A stretch of DNA of 64,000 bases from Takakia lepidozioides (taxonomy: Eukaryota > Plantae > Bryophyta), in the NCBI GenBank assembly GCA_030704615.1, contig CM060733.1:69936001-70000000 (forward strand), given 5' to 3'. Of the stretch, positions 40,460-52,327 are shown one piece after another. The notes under the pieces were generated by a model, which was not told where the DNA came from, did not search any database, and saw only the letters and a list, made by a program, of their open reading frames with translations. Every line of letters begins with the position of its first letter. The stretch's first letter is position 1. The translations under genes and the position numbers were made by a program.

Positions 40460-41800
40460 TTGCGACTCAACCCATCTGCATTGCGATTGACCAAACCCGG
40501 TCGATGCACCACCTGAAAGTCATACTCTTGAAGGATGAGTGCCCACCGTGCAAGCTTCCCCGTAAGCTTGTCTGACTCCATCAACCACTTGAGTGGTTGG
40601 TGATCCGTGACAAGGATGAAGAGATTGTCGTATAGATAGCACCTGAAGTGTGCCACAGCCCACATTGCAGCTAAGCATTCTCCCTCATATGAGCTATACT
40701 TAGACTCAGCAGCATTGTTCGAGCGGCTAGCGTAAGCCACTACGAACTCTCTTCCTCATCATCCACCTGTGTGAGCACCGCTCCAAGCCCCAGCATGCTC
40801 CAAATCTGTATGCAGCTGAAAAGGACGCCCCCTAATAGGTCGTCTCAAGATGGGCGCCGAGGTCAACCTTGCCTTGAGCTCTTGAAAAGCTTGTTCTTGC
40901 TCATCTTCCCACTGCCACTCCTGGTCCACCTTGGTAAGCTTGGTTAGAGCCTTTGCAATGGCACTAAATCCCTTAACAAACCGTCTGTAATAGTTTGCTA
41001 ACCCCATGAAAGCTCGAACTCGGCTCACATCCGTGGGGCGTGGAACCTGTGCAATGGACTCTACCTTAGTCTGCTGTACCCCCAATCCTCCAGGATATAT
41101 CATGTGACCCAGATACTCAATCTGGTTGTGGAAAAACTTGCACTTTCCCGGATGTAACTTCAATCCGTGCGTCCTCAAGCGCTCAAATACCCCCTGAAGG
41201 TGTCTCTCATGCTCCTCCACCGTAGCACTAAAGATAATGATGTCATCTATGTAGCACCGAGCAAACTCCACCCCTGCTAGAATCTTGTCCATGACCCTTT
41301 GAAACTCAGCAGGAGCGTTTTTAAGCCCAAATGGTAAGAACCGCCACTGGTATAGGCAATCCTTCCCGTGCTCATTGATCCCCCAGAATGCCGTCTTTTG
41401 CTTATCCGCCTTCTTGATCGGCAACTGGTGATATCCGGATCGTAAATCCAACGTGCTAAAGACCTTGGAATGCCCAATGGCATCAAAGATCTCCTCTGGT
41501 GTCAGCATGGCATACCTATCGGACTTGGTCTGACGATTTACAGGCCGGTAATCACCGCACATACGTCTCTCCGTCCAATTGCCATAGACATCCTTCTTGG
41601 CTGGCATCACTGTGGCTGAAGCATACTCTCCACCAGAGAGCTCCACCAAACCTGCCTCCCAAAGATCTTGAGTTCTCATCTGAATCAAGGACCTCTCCAT
41701 GTCACTGTATCTATAGGGTCTTCGAAAGATTGGCGTGTCAGTAGCCAATTCAATGCGAATCTCTTGACCCTTCAGTGCCTCCAAGTCCTTCAAACTGAAG
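40460..41800 (-). CDS. Gypsy reverse transcriptase and RNase H
   Basis: ORFs 40759-41976 and 40201-40740, with YIDD and two compensating frameshifts near 40750-40805. Confidence 0.95.
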
Positions 41801-42269
41801 GCAAAGCAATTCCTGTAAGCCCTCAGGAACCGCCGCATACATCGTCTCTCTCCTCCGGTGACAATGGGTCCAATGTCAGGCTCCCAATTGTCCTCCGTAA
41901 CTGCAATCTTAAGTCCAGTGGGCTTTAGAGGTAGAGAACGCGTCCCGTGGTTGCTATGCTGCAACCTCTTGAGCAATACTCCCTTCCTGCTCAGTCAATG
42001 ACAAGGCCTCATCCTGCCCCATCATCTCATCATTGAGAACCTCCTCAACTCGAGAAGAATCCCCAACCTCATCCATCACAGCTGCCTTGGCTGCCAACTC
42101 CCTCTGGACCTCGAGCACCTCCCACGTGTGCCATGGATGTCTACACCCCGTGGTCCTCACCAGCTCGCCCCCACTCGCTGCCTGTACCATCTCGGTAGGC
42201 AGAGAGACCGTCAAGGGAAGTGCACTCCGTACTCTACGTTGCTCAGCCATAGCCAAGCTGATAATCCAG

Positions 42270-43205
42270 GTCAAGCAATTGAGATCCATTGCTTGCCCCA
42301 ACACCTGACGACGTGATGCCTCAGAAAGAGAAGGCACCGCCGTGGTCCCAGTGGAAAACCCCATAGCCCGCTCTCGCTCGTTGGCATTAGGCTCCACTAA
42401 CTGTTGCAACTGAGCATCCCACAGGAGGCCATGTCCACCATCCCGAAAAGCATGGGATCCTGGGAAGCTGAGCAGTGTAGGTCATGTTGCTCGTGGTTGA
42501 CCCACCCTGTTGACCACTGCCAAAGGCGAATGGTCATCGTATCTCACACGTTGAGACTGCCTCCCTGTGTCCAAAATGCTGTCCACTATGAGGTGTGTTG
42601 GCCGCTGCACCCCATCAAATGCACGCTTGAGCAGTGCGGGTGGCATCAAGTTAGTCCACCATAGCCGTGGACGATGAGCCCGTGATCCCACTGCAGCTGC
42701 ATCCAGCAGCACTGCTGACCCAAGCCACAACCGGACTTGATGCACACTGGCCATCACCCTGGCCCGAGAATCGCCTATCAGTGGCACATTCTCCAAGATG
42801 TATGCTGACGATACAGCTTGATGAAGCTGCAAGTGGCGCAAAATCCACACCATCTCCCAAAACAGACCTGTCCTCGAGTCTCGCAATCCATTGCCATGCC
42901 CGGCTGATGAATGCCCTTGGCAGGGCCAACCTGCCACTACCAGATCAATGGAGCCAACCTGCTCCAAATCCGGTGCCCCCAGCAACGAAATGTCTGCTGG
43001 CAAGGCTTGTTGGTATCCACGAACTGCAGACACTGGCAACAAAGCAGGGTACTGTTGTACCAACTGAGCAACATGGCGCAGTGAGATGCGTCATGCAGTC
43101 TCATCCCTCTCCACATATAGGTAACGCCTTACCCGCACACGTGCCTGTAGCACAGCAGCCAATCCGGTGCTGATCCCGCCAAACAAGTCCAGAAGGCAAA
43201 TGCCT
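42270..43205 (-). pseudogene. DNMT3-like C5 cytosine methyltransferase domain within the retrotransposon polyprotein
   Basis: Motif I LDLFGGISTG (~43175-43192), II YVE, IV GWPCQG (~42913-42931), VI ENV (~42785-42793), VIII RPRLWWTNL, IX ERERAMGF and X RRQVLGQAM. All lie in one frame, with stops at 43091 and 42482. Confidence 0.93.
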
Positions 43206-45811
43206 TCATCCGGATACTGCCACACAATAGGTGTGGTATCCAATGGTGACAACTGAGGTGGTCCTGGTGCAATACCCGCACTCTCCTCCTCTCCTGACGG
43301 TACAAAAGCCTCTACCCAGGCTTGTTGCACCCGTCGATCAGCAACCTGCTGCAAATCCTTGCTCGTACCCCACAATGGAGTGTGAGCAACCATGGCAGGC
43401 AACTCCGCCATACCATGCATGTCATCCTGCTCTGCTGGAGGTGGCACATCCTCTGCATGGGCATTGCCTTCCAGCAACTCTCCAGGCCAACTAACTGCAG
43501 CTGTAAAGGCGGCTAGTGTTGGCATCTTGCCCCGTTGGGCAGCCGCAATACCCCCAATGAATGTCACAGGGAGCTGTGCACGACGACCATCCCCTGACTA
43601 CCATCCAGGCCTGTAGAATGCTGACTCCTCCCAAAAGTCCAGGGTGAAGCCCATGGGGTATAACAGTGCCCCACCAACGAGGACATCGTAAGAGACCGCG
43701 TCTGTCACAATGGCCTTGGCTCGCATTACTGAGCCATCAATAGGATGATCCGGCTGCAGTCTAATGGCCAACTGATGCCGTGTCATGCCCCGAGCCTGCT
43801 CTGATCCTCCCAGAGATGTCTGTATCTGGAAAGGACAAGGCTCCATATCCGCCTCCATGAGACCCAAACCTGCAATAGCAGCTCTGCCCAACATCAGTGG
43901 CTGAGCTCCCGAGTCCAACAAGACCTGCAGTGGCCGGTACTTCTTGCCTGCCGGTCCACTCAAAGAGAAAATGTCATCCTGGTTGTCTAACAAGACAACT
44001 CCAGGTGTCACCATGGCGCGCTCAAAGGCTGGCCTAGCTGGCAGCTCCGTCAACTTGGCAGCTGCAACTTGCCATGGCACAGCCGTGGCAGTCTTGACCC
44101 TCAAATCCGAGGATCCCTCTGCCGCTACACCTTCCAGTAACTCCGCAGAAGATGAAGTGACCTCCCCACTCTCACAGAGTGTTGCTGCTAGTCTGAACAC
44201 TGCAGCTGGTCTTACCCCCGACGTCGCAATCATGGTTGTTGAGAACAGTGGGGCTTGACACACAGAGGTGGCTGCCCCCAACAACACACCGGCTGCACTA
44301 GCCTTGGCAGCAGGTGTCAGTGCTGCACGTGTAGCTCTCCCCAATGGCATAGAAACCTCCGCCTCGGTAACAGTCGGGCGAGAACTAGGTGCCATGGATG
44401 GCGTTGACACTGTCTCCGCCAAAGTGAATGACTGAGGCAGCCTCGCCTGACGGCTTGCCTCCCCACGTTGTGGATCCAACTCCACCTCTGCACCTCGTGG
44501 CTTAGGAACTCGTGCTGCTCCTCGAGTCACGGCTGCAGCAGACTCCACCTGCACTAGTGGTAGTGCTACTCCGCACATGAATCCCATGCCTCCCATATCT
44601 CCTCCCTTAGGCGCAGGAGGTGGACCATCTCGCCTGGGAGCTGGTACCGCCTGAGCTGTAGCCATGGCAGCGAGCCTCTGCTCTAGCTGCTGAAGCCGGT
44701 TGGCCATGCCTTGGTCAATACCCTGACCTCCGAGTCCTTGGCCATGTTGAGCTTGCCCTTGGCCTGCACCTCGTGCCCGGCCACCTCGTCCTCTCTGGGC
44801 TGGTCCACCTCGCCCCCGGCCACCATTGTTCCCTTGGAACTGGCCTGGGTGCAACTCAGGATGCAAGTCATAACAATGGGCATCTCCATGCCCATACTTG
44901 CCACAATGCCCACACTCCAACAGTGTAGGCTGTGCTTGTGCCGGCCTTTTGCCACTCTCTGGGCAATCTCTCTTGACATGGGGTCCTCCACATGTCCAAC
45001 ATATCACCCCTGGTTGCTGTTGGCCTGCAAAAGATGCCACGGGCCTCTTCACCTGAGGTCCCCTGTAAGCTCCATGGAACTTGGGTTGGGAAACCTTGCC
45101 CCCCTGACCACGCTGTTGGGCAGTCCCTTGTGCCTGTGGGCTGGCAGCTGCGCCTCGTGTAGGCATGTCCTTGCCAAACCCAATGGTAACAACTCACTCC
45201 TCCACCATGTTGAGCTCAATCCGCTCAGCCAGCAGAAACACATCTGCTAATGTGGGTTGGGCTGCTTGTAACAGGGTTGCATACCGCACTCTTCTCCTGA
45301 GCTCCTTGTCCAAAATTCCATTCCAGAACTGGATTGCCTGAGCTTCAGTAACCCCTTGGGTCACACTTATCAAGCGCCTCATACGAGTGTAGGCCTCTCG
45401 CCAGCTCTCACTGGGTTTGCGCTGGAAGTCTTTCAAACTTTGCAGCTTCTCTGTCCGTACACCTTGGTAGTTCCTCCGCAATTCCTGGAAGAACTCCACC
45501 ACCGGGTTGAATCTAGGCACATGTGTTGTAGTCGTGGCAGGAGGAGTAGTAGCACCTTTTGAACTGGTACCACCTGCAGAAGTACCGGCACTACTTGTTC
45601 CACTACTAGTACTGGCAGTGGGAGATATTGGTACTGATGCAGCTACTAGTTGCGTCGTGCCTCGAGTAATGGAGACGTAGTCAGGTGACCAATACATCCT
45701 CCACTCCTCAATCTCTGCTTCATGTCCTTGCCTAAACTCGTGGTAATCGTCCATAGGCGGGCCTTCCAAATGCTGGAACAGTCCCTTCCACGCCATGAAT
45801 GGGGTGAATAG

Positions 45812-48722
45812 CCAGAGACTTTTGATGGGGATATCCTATTCGAGCTGCCTCCTCCTCCACGAGTTGGAGGTATAACAAGCATGATGCACGGAATGGACAA
45901 GAAACACGACGGGCACCCATGGTGTAGAACAAAAACATCCAATATTCAAAATGAGGACAAGCTTGTTTTCAGGAGAACAGTTTGCAATGGACACCTTAGG
46001 TGTGATAATTTGAATTGCAGACACTTTCTTCAGTCTGGGGTTCCACAATCAAAGCGAGTGGGAGGGTCTCGCGGAAAATCCATTTAAGCTTGGGACTGCT
46101 CCTCCAGCGGAAACCACTTTTGTTTGCAAATTCTGCAAACTAGTACCAACCTGTCTGGCACTGTGTGGAGCAAGAATGTACTATGTTGTCCACTGTTTGA
46201 AAACCATGACAAGAGCTTGTGTGCATTTCGGTTTCCATAACCATCCTGTCTCGAAGGGGGATTACAGGGAGAGTGTTGAGACAATATCGAGGTTGATTAA
46301 ACAGGAGTACAAGAGAAACCCATTCGCAACAACATCCGCAATTGTTCTTGGCGCAAGCAAGTCCTTCTTGGAAAGCCATATTTTGAGAGAAGGGGATTCT
46401 GTGGGGACTAAACTTGACGGTGCAGCACTCGACGTTGTCAGGATCATTTCTCCATGTTGAGTTCACCTAACATTCGTCATCAGATCAATGCATTGAGAAT
46501 GGGCTCTGGGATCAGAGGCTACATAGACAACATTTTGGAAATGAAACGACTAAACATGTACGACTACATCCAGGACAATGTTTTTCCAGGTCAAGGTGCC
46601 ATCAAAGTTTTTCTTTTCAAAATGTCGACTGCTGGGGAGGGTAGTGGGGTTAGCCTCGTGAAGCGGATGCAGAAGACTGATGACCTGCAGAATTGTTTTC
46701 TTATGTTTGATCATGTGAAACAAGTGAAAGATTGGACGACAATGGCTTGTCATGTGTACGATCCAGTGTACCAACGAGTTATGACAATTACAGTTTGTGA
46801 CATGCAATCCGAGGATACGGAATCCCAGAAGCTCATGTGGAATTCCCTTGTACGTGTTATGGGCTGCCATCTCCAAATTTCGCTGGTTTTATGGCAGATA
46901 GTGCTCAGGCGAATTTCAATGCAGTTCGAATTGTCTTTGGATCAAGCGACCCAAAAGTGCCAATGTCGGGAAGAGAGCGTACATGTCTATTCCATTGGAC
47001 ACAATCTTTGGAGAAACATACAAAATCGGACATCAAACCAGAGATGCAGACACAGCATCATAAATTGTGCAAAGAGTCAAAGATGCTAGAACAATGAAGG
47101 AGGCGGACACTTTGTTCTAGACAATTCGTGCTTGGTGGTTCTCTTCTAGAGCTGCATCGCTTGAGAGTATGAGAGCATTGGAAGATTGGCTGGCGTTTTG
47201 GCACTTCCGGTACAGACAGTGGGGAGCAGCCATGACAATGGTGCGAGGCTTGTATTGCTAGCTTTATTCATACATTTACTTTCCAAATTTTGCTCTCCTT
47301 GCTTTCTTTATGTTGTTCCCTGTGCACTGTTCTGAAGTGTGGTTCTGCTCTTTGCAGAACATGTCCATCGAGGAAATGGCGGACATGCCATCTTGCAATT
47401 TGGCAGAGACTGTGCACAATGCATGGTTGCAACAGTCTGGGAAACGAGGTCGGGATTTGTATGTGGCAACAACAGATGATCTGATACGTGCCTTGCAACA
47501 ACAAACCAAATACAGTGATTTCTTGCGAGGAGGGGCTGGTGGCAAGGGTCCGGACAAACAGGAGTTGATGTTGCGTGCTGCAAACAGATCCGGGGATCCA
47601 AGCAAGATAGCACGGGCAGTGAGCATGTATGCCCAAGGAACGCCACTTGTTTCTAGAGTTCCACATCTTGAAGGGGAGGAGAGATTCGGCTCATGTAAGA
47701 GGAAATTGAACACCCCACCTGGTTCGGATTCCGATTCGCACAGGGCAGACCGTGATAACTTCTCGAAGCCTCGTGTTCCCCTGCATGGCAGATCCATGTC
47801 CGGAACCTCCATTCTGGAGGAACCTCCAACTCGACGGCAGGCTCCAGCATCTAACAATGCCACTGAAATGGTGCAGGAGAGAAACTACCCCCTTGATGTG
47901 CTGGAGTCCGCATGCCCCGACCACGTTTGGCACATAGAACGCACAAGTGCAGGGTCTCGTGTGAAATGTACAGCGATCAGGGCAACTAATTTCGAGAAGT
48001 GCACTTCATCTATATCCAGAGACGGTGCTCGGACTCCTGCTCCGACTTTCACGGGTTTGATGCGAACATACGACCAACCAGAAGCAAAGAACCACAAGTT
48101 CTGGTTCTGCGCAGACGATTGTGGTAGATGTGTGCATGGAACTGTGCGTCCTTCCGTGGTGATGAAGCCAGCTCCTCCAACCGTTTGGCCCGTCAAGGTG
48201 GGAACACATCTCTCAAGTCAGGAGATTGCAATGCTGGAGGAGGCAGGCTTTTCCCTTGCGAGACAACCCCTACTGCATACATGTGTTTCTACTTCTGCGT
48301 CCTCTCGGGTCCCCCCGGCAAATCCTCACTTGTGGCCAACCAAACGAGATGGAAAGTTGGCTCGGCGTTTCCCTCCAACCGCTGAACACTTCGGGAAAGT
48401 GGAGTCCGCAAGAATGCTCCAAGCTCGTGTTGCAAGCACCACGGAAGTGCCCAATCCAGGATATGGTCGGGTGTACACAATGATCACTTCGACATCTGTT
48501 GTTCATGACACGGCATACGACATCACGGTTTCCAATTTTCTCAATTGCACATGTCCTGATTTTGTGAATATGCTATCAACCAGTTTGGGCAAGAGAGGTA
48601 AATTCATACCCTGCAAACATTTGTATTTCGTATTTTTGAAGAGGATGGTTTGCGATCCCAAACGTGACAACTTCGTTCACCAGGCCACTCTGAGTTTCAA
48701 CGAGGTCGATACTCTATTGTAG
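45812..48722 (+). mobile_element. Mutator-like (MULE) transposase pseudogene with GCM-like N-terminus and C-terminal SWIM finger
   Basis: DGHPW...CNGHLRC...C and HFGFHNHP (GCM/WRKY-like); FLMFDH, FMADSAQANFNAVRIVFG...CLFHW, NLAETVHNAW (DDE); CTCPDF...CKHLYFV (SWIM). Intron near 47241-47358 and frameshifts. Confidence 0.8.
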
Positions 48723-48992
48723 CGGGGTACAACACATAGGTAGCATCAACTATGCCATGTGGTATATGGACGATCATGCTATGAAATGTGCAATTTGCAA
48801 CATTGTCATGGAAATTCAATTCAAATCAATTCGTTTGCAACATCGTCGGCGGTGCAATGATATGGCGTCCCTTATCCCTCCATTATCCTTCCAACTATAC
48901 TGAGTGAGCTTTGAGTGGCAACTTTTAAAAGCACCGGAAATGAACTCAACATTTAGTCCATGGATGGAAAGTGGTTCGCAAGAAGGAAACCT

Positions 48993-51900
48993 TCAGGTAT
49001 CTGGCTGAAGGTTAGCCACCTCCAAATTCGCGTGCGCCTTCACTGCTTCCACCGCTGTAATTCTCTTGGTGCTATTTCTTGTTTTTCGTGGCGGCATTGT
49101 CCACACGACATTGTTCACGTGGATCCATTGAGCAGGATCTGACGGGTTGTACTCCCATACTTTTGACCAACAGTCCCTGTACCTCTCAAAGTCTGAGGGG
49201 TTACCTCCTTTCTTCGGTCTCCACCACTCCACCTTCACTTTCTTAAAATTAGGATCTTCCCTTTCTCGGATGACATCTGAAATTGCCATTCCCATCCAGA
49301 CCGGGCACGTCGTTGGGTTATGAGGGCGAACGAGCACAAAAAACCCTTTCTCAATATCCTTGAACGGATTCAAGGGTATCCTTGGACGCTCGCACCTAGG
49401 GCCACAGTAAGTTTCGGGAACCTCATCCTCATCTTCCATATCTTCCAGTATCTGTGGTTGGATGCCATCCCTCCGATGGTTTGAGGACCAATTTGTTTTT
49501 GGCCAAAATCCCTCAAGAAGCTGAATACGATCCGGAATGTCCTGCATTGGCTTATCAAGTTCGACGAGAATATTTCCCCAGTATTGGTCATATTGTTCCA
49601 TTACACCCCGGTAATGATCGTCAAGCAACATTCCTTTGGTCCAAAAATCTCTGTATTTCTTAATACCATTTTTTATGAATGACTGTTTTTCTGAGGAGTT
49701 GTCCCCGACTCCCCATATCGGTTTTCTTGGAACGGCATCTGGGTCTCCTTCAGGGAGATTTGGAGTCCCATCAGGGTTGGACTTCCACATCTTAACGTTG
49801 GAGTTTGTAGGAAGCCACTCCGAATCAATAGCTGACTTCTTGTACTTCATAACGGGCCAGCCATCCGCATCCTTAAAAAACCAAAAGACGTGCATCTCTG
49901 AGATCCCAACCAAAGCCTCCTTTCCATCATGAATACAACCCTTAACAAACTTCTTGAGTCGGGAACCTCCTGAATGATTTGAGGAATGAATTGCATATCT
50001 TGGGAGATCATGAATGACCTCATCAAATCCGGAAGAATGTAGGTGCTGCGTTCCTTTAGCTTCTTCGAGAGATAGCTAAAGAATCCGTCAATATCCTCAT
50101 GGGTGTGCCCGACCATGAGAAAACCAAGCTGGATCTCTTCAAAGACATCTTTGGCAGTGAGGAGGGATAGAAAAACAAGCATCCATCTGTTTTTATTGTC
50201 CTTGGAGGAGTTGTCCATTTGCAAATAAAGTCGTCTAGGAAGTGGTCGAACACCACGTTTATCGTGCGGCCTGCAGGGTTTCAGAGCCTCCAAACATCTC
50301 GATTTACCTCTCATGAGCGTTTCAAAAAAATCATTTTGAACTTCAGTGTCGAAAATGTTCCTAGATTCCCGGCATGTTGGCTTTTCCAGTTGGCGCAGGC
50401 ACCGAGCCAGCGACCCTATTGTGAAGTTTGAATTGCCTTTTCCAGAACTCAAGGGAAAATTGAGCGTAAGCTCCATCACTGTGTCCGTGCGTAACCATTC
50501 CTGTCAATGAGACCGGCAACTGACCCAATCCCGAGACCATCTTGTTCGTCGCCTGTAGCCTCGGAATAGCCGTTTTCCTATGATCCATCTTATCGTGAAT
50601 AATACACAGGAACTCCTCCGGAATCATAACGGACTCATTCCTCCAGTTATGGTACAGCCTTCTACATGAATCTTGATGCCTCAAGTGCAAATCAAGCGCC
50701 CGCTTATGTGCGACATGATCGGAACTCCTCTTAATTGACTTCTTGATCAAGTTATTCAACATCTCGCATTCTGTGCACTTAGCAAAGGTGCTTCCTGTTT
50801 TTCAAACGTCCACGTTAGGAAATATTCGATTCCGTATACGGCTTATAGCTGGCTACGAGACTCCTTTCAAACTGAGCAGTCTGTTCGTCTGCACCCCAAC
50901 TCCCCAATAATGTCAACATCCACTAGGCAGTGGAGGTTCTACAAAGTGGAAGAACAAGAAAGCATGATGGCATCAAAAAGAATAAAATCAGCCACAGTAT
51001 TTTGAAAAAGGAAAAGAGGACAACGAATAAAAGTCACCTCGTTGGACTCCTCTCGAATTCTCTTCCAGTTCATTTCGGGTGGCAAAATTCTCAAAGTATC
51101 CCGACGTCCCTCTCCAATGCAACGTGTTTTGTGAGGCATAAGGTCAGTATTGGCATTGATAATGGATATGATGTTCCCCTCTGCCTGGAGTGTCCTTGGT
51201 CGAGGTCGCTTGACGCCACGATTTCCGTGGAAAGATGACAAACAGCCCTCTTTACTGAGCTTTTTGTACTCCATGTACGTTGACCTTCCAATTCCGTGTA
51301 TTATCCACCGTGCTTTCTTACAAACATCAACACCTTCTATCGTAACATACGACCTGCGTGATGACCCATCCATAATGTGAAGTCGTTTTGAAACATTCAA
51401 TCCAAGTTCTCTCCTCTCATCGAATGACGAACCCCAAAATGCAGTACGAATTGCCAAGGTTTTTCTCCAATCAAAATACTGGCAGCACTAAAGCTTGCAG
51501 CAAGGTTTGCTGCTCACCGACCTCACTTCATCCAAAGTAAGATTTTTCTTGCACTTTTTTGAGTCCTCCATATTGGATGGTTTCTTCTTCATAGTAAAAT
51601 GCCTGTATGCTGCTTTCTTTACGCATGTACCATGGTCGTCATTCTCCATGTCACTGCATGATCGTAGGAAATTTTCGAGATCAACAGAGAGTATCCGGCC
51701 ATTTTCAAGAAGTCTTGTTTTTGTTAACGACCATTTCACAATCGACATCAGTGAACCGGATTCTACAGAGATTGTTCTGGTGACCAGAACCCCAATATCG
51801 TCCTCTCCGAGTTTGTCATTCAGAATGATCTCGTTAGGAATGCATGCCTGAATTCGGCCTTCGAACAGGGCGTTTCCGTCCTCCCCAAGAAGAAGACACT

Positions 51901-52327
51901 GCAAGTTTCTCCAACAATCTCTCCCCAGACCTACAGGCAGATCCCCTTCAGTCTCACCGTTTGATGGAATTTCATTGCTTTTAGTGCTTTGTCCTTGATA
52001 ATCACTATCTTCTGTGATGGAATGACATCATGGGTTTCTTTAGGATGCTGAATCCACAGTTTCATGCGTGCGAACACAGGACACGTCCCACACAACTGGA
52101 GTCCCAATCGCCTCCTTCAATGTGTTAGCATCCATGTGCCGATAAGGCAGAGGACATGAGTCGAATGCGTCATCACAAAAGATCGGGGTAACTGAAATGG
52201 TGGACGAACACAAGTGGTATCCGTGGCAAGTTCCTTCCCCAGAAACATTCGGGCAATCTCCTGAGGCAACAACTGAAGGAGATCCAGGAAGCGACAGAAA
52301 CACCCTTTGGCCTACTTGGAACCCCAT
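48993..52327 (-). mobile_element. DUF7869/Sola1-like DDD transposase pseudogene with two N-terminal En/Spm Transposase_23-like domains
   Basis: STFAKCTEC, IIHDKMD, LYLQMDNSSKDNKN, FLMVGHTHEDIDGFF. N-terminal VVASG...CHG...PLPY...TLKEAIGTPVVW and FEGRI...LGEDDIGVLV...VKW. In-frame intron 50889-51037. Confidence 0.72.

Larger units (their letters stand above)
38422..45812 (-). mobile_element. Ty3/Gypsy element with order gag-2xZn knuckle-PR-DNMT-RT-RNaseH-INT-PHD; 5' truncated and decayed
   Basis: CWTCGGPHVKRDC and CGHCGKYGHGDAHC; VLLDSGAQ; DNMT motifs; RT RMCGDYRPVN, LDLRSGYHQ, PFGLKNAP, YIDD; RNase H VTDHQPL, NADGLSR; INT HEELGHFG; PHD. A candidate PPT at 38570-38581 precedes a TG start of the 3' LTR at 38569. 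Confidence 0.95.

Noticed and set aside
42270-43205. Bacterial restriction-modification methylase or contamination
   Set aside because: In frame with Gypsy gag and protease, DNMT3-like motif spelling, and no endonuclease or operon.
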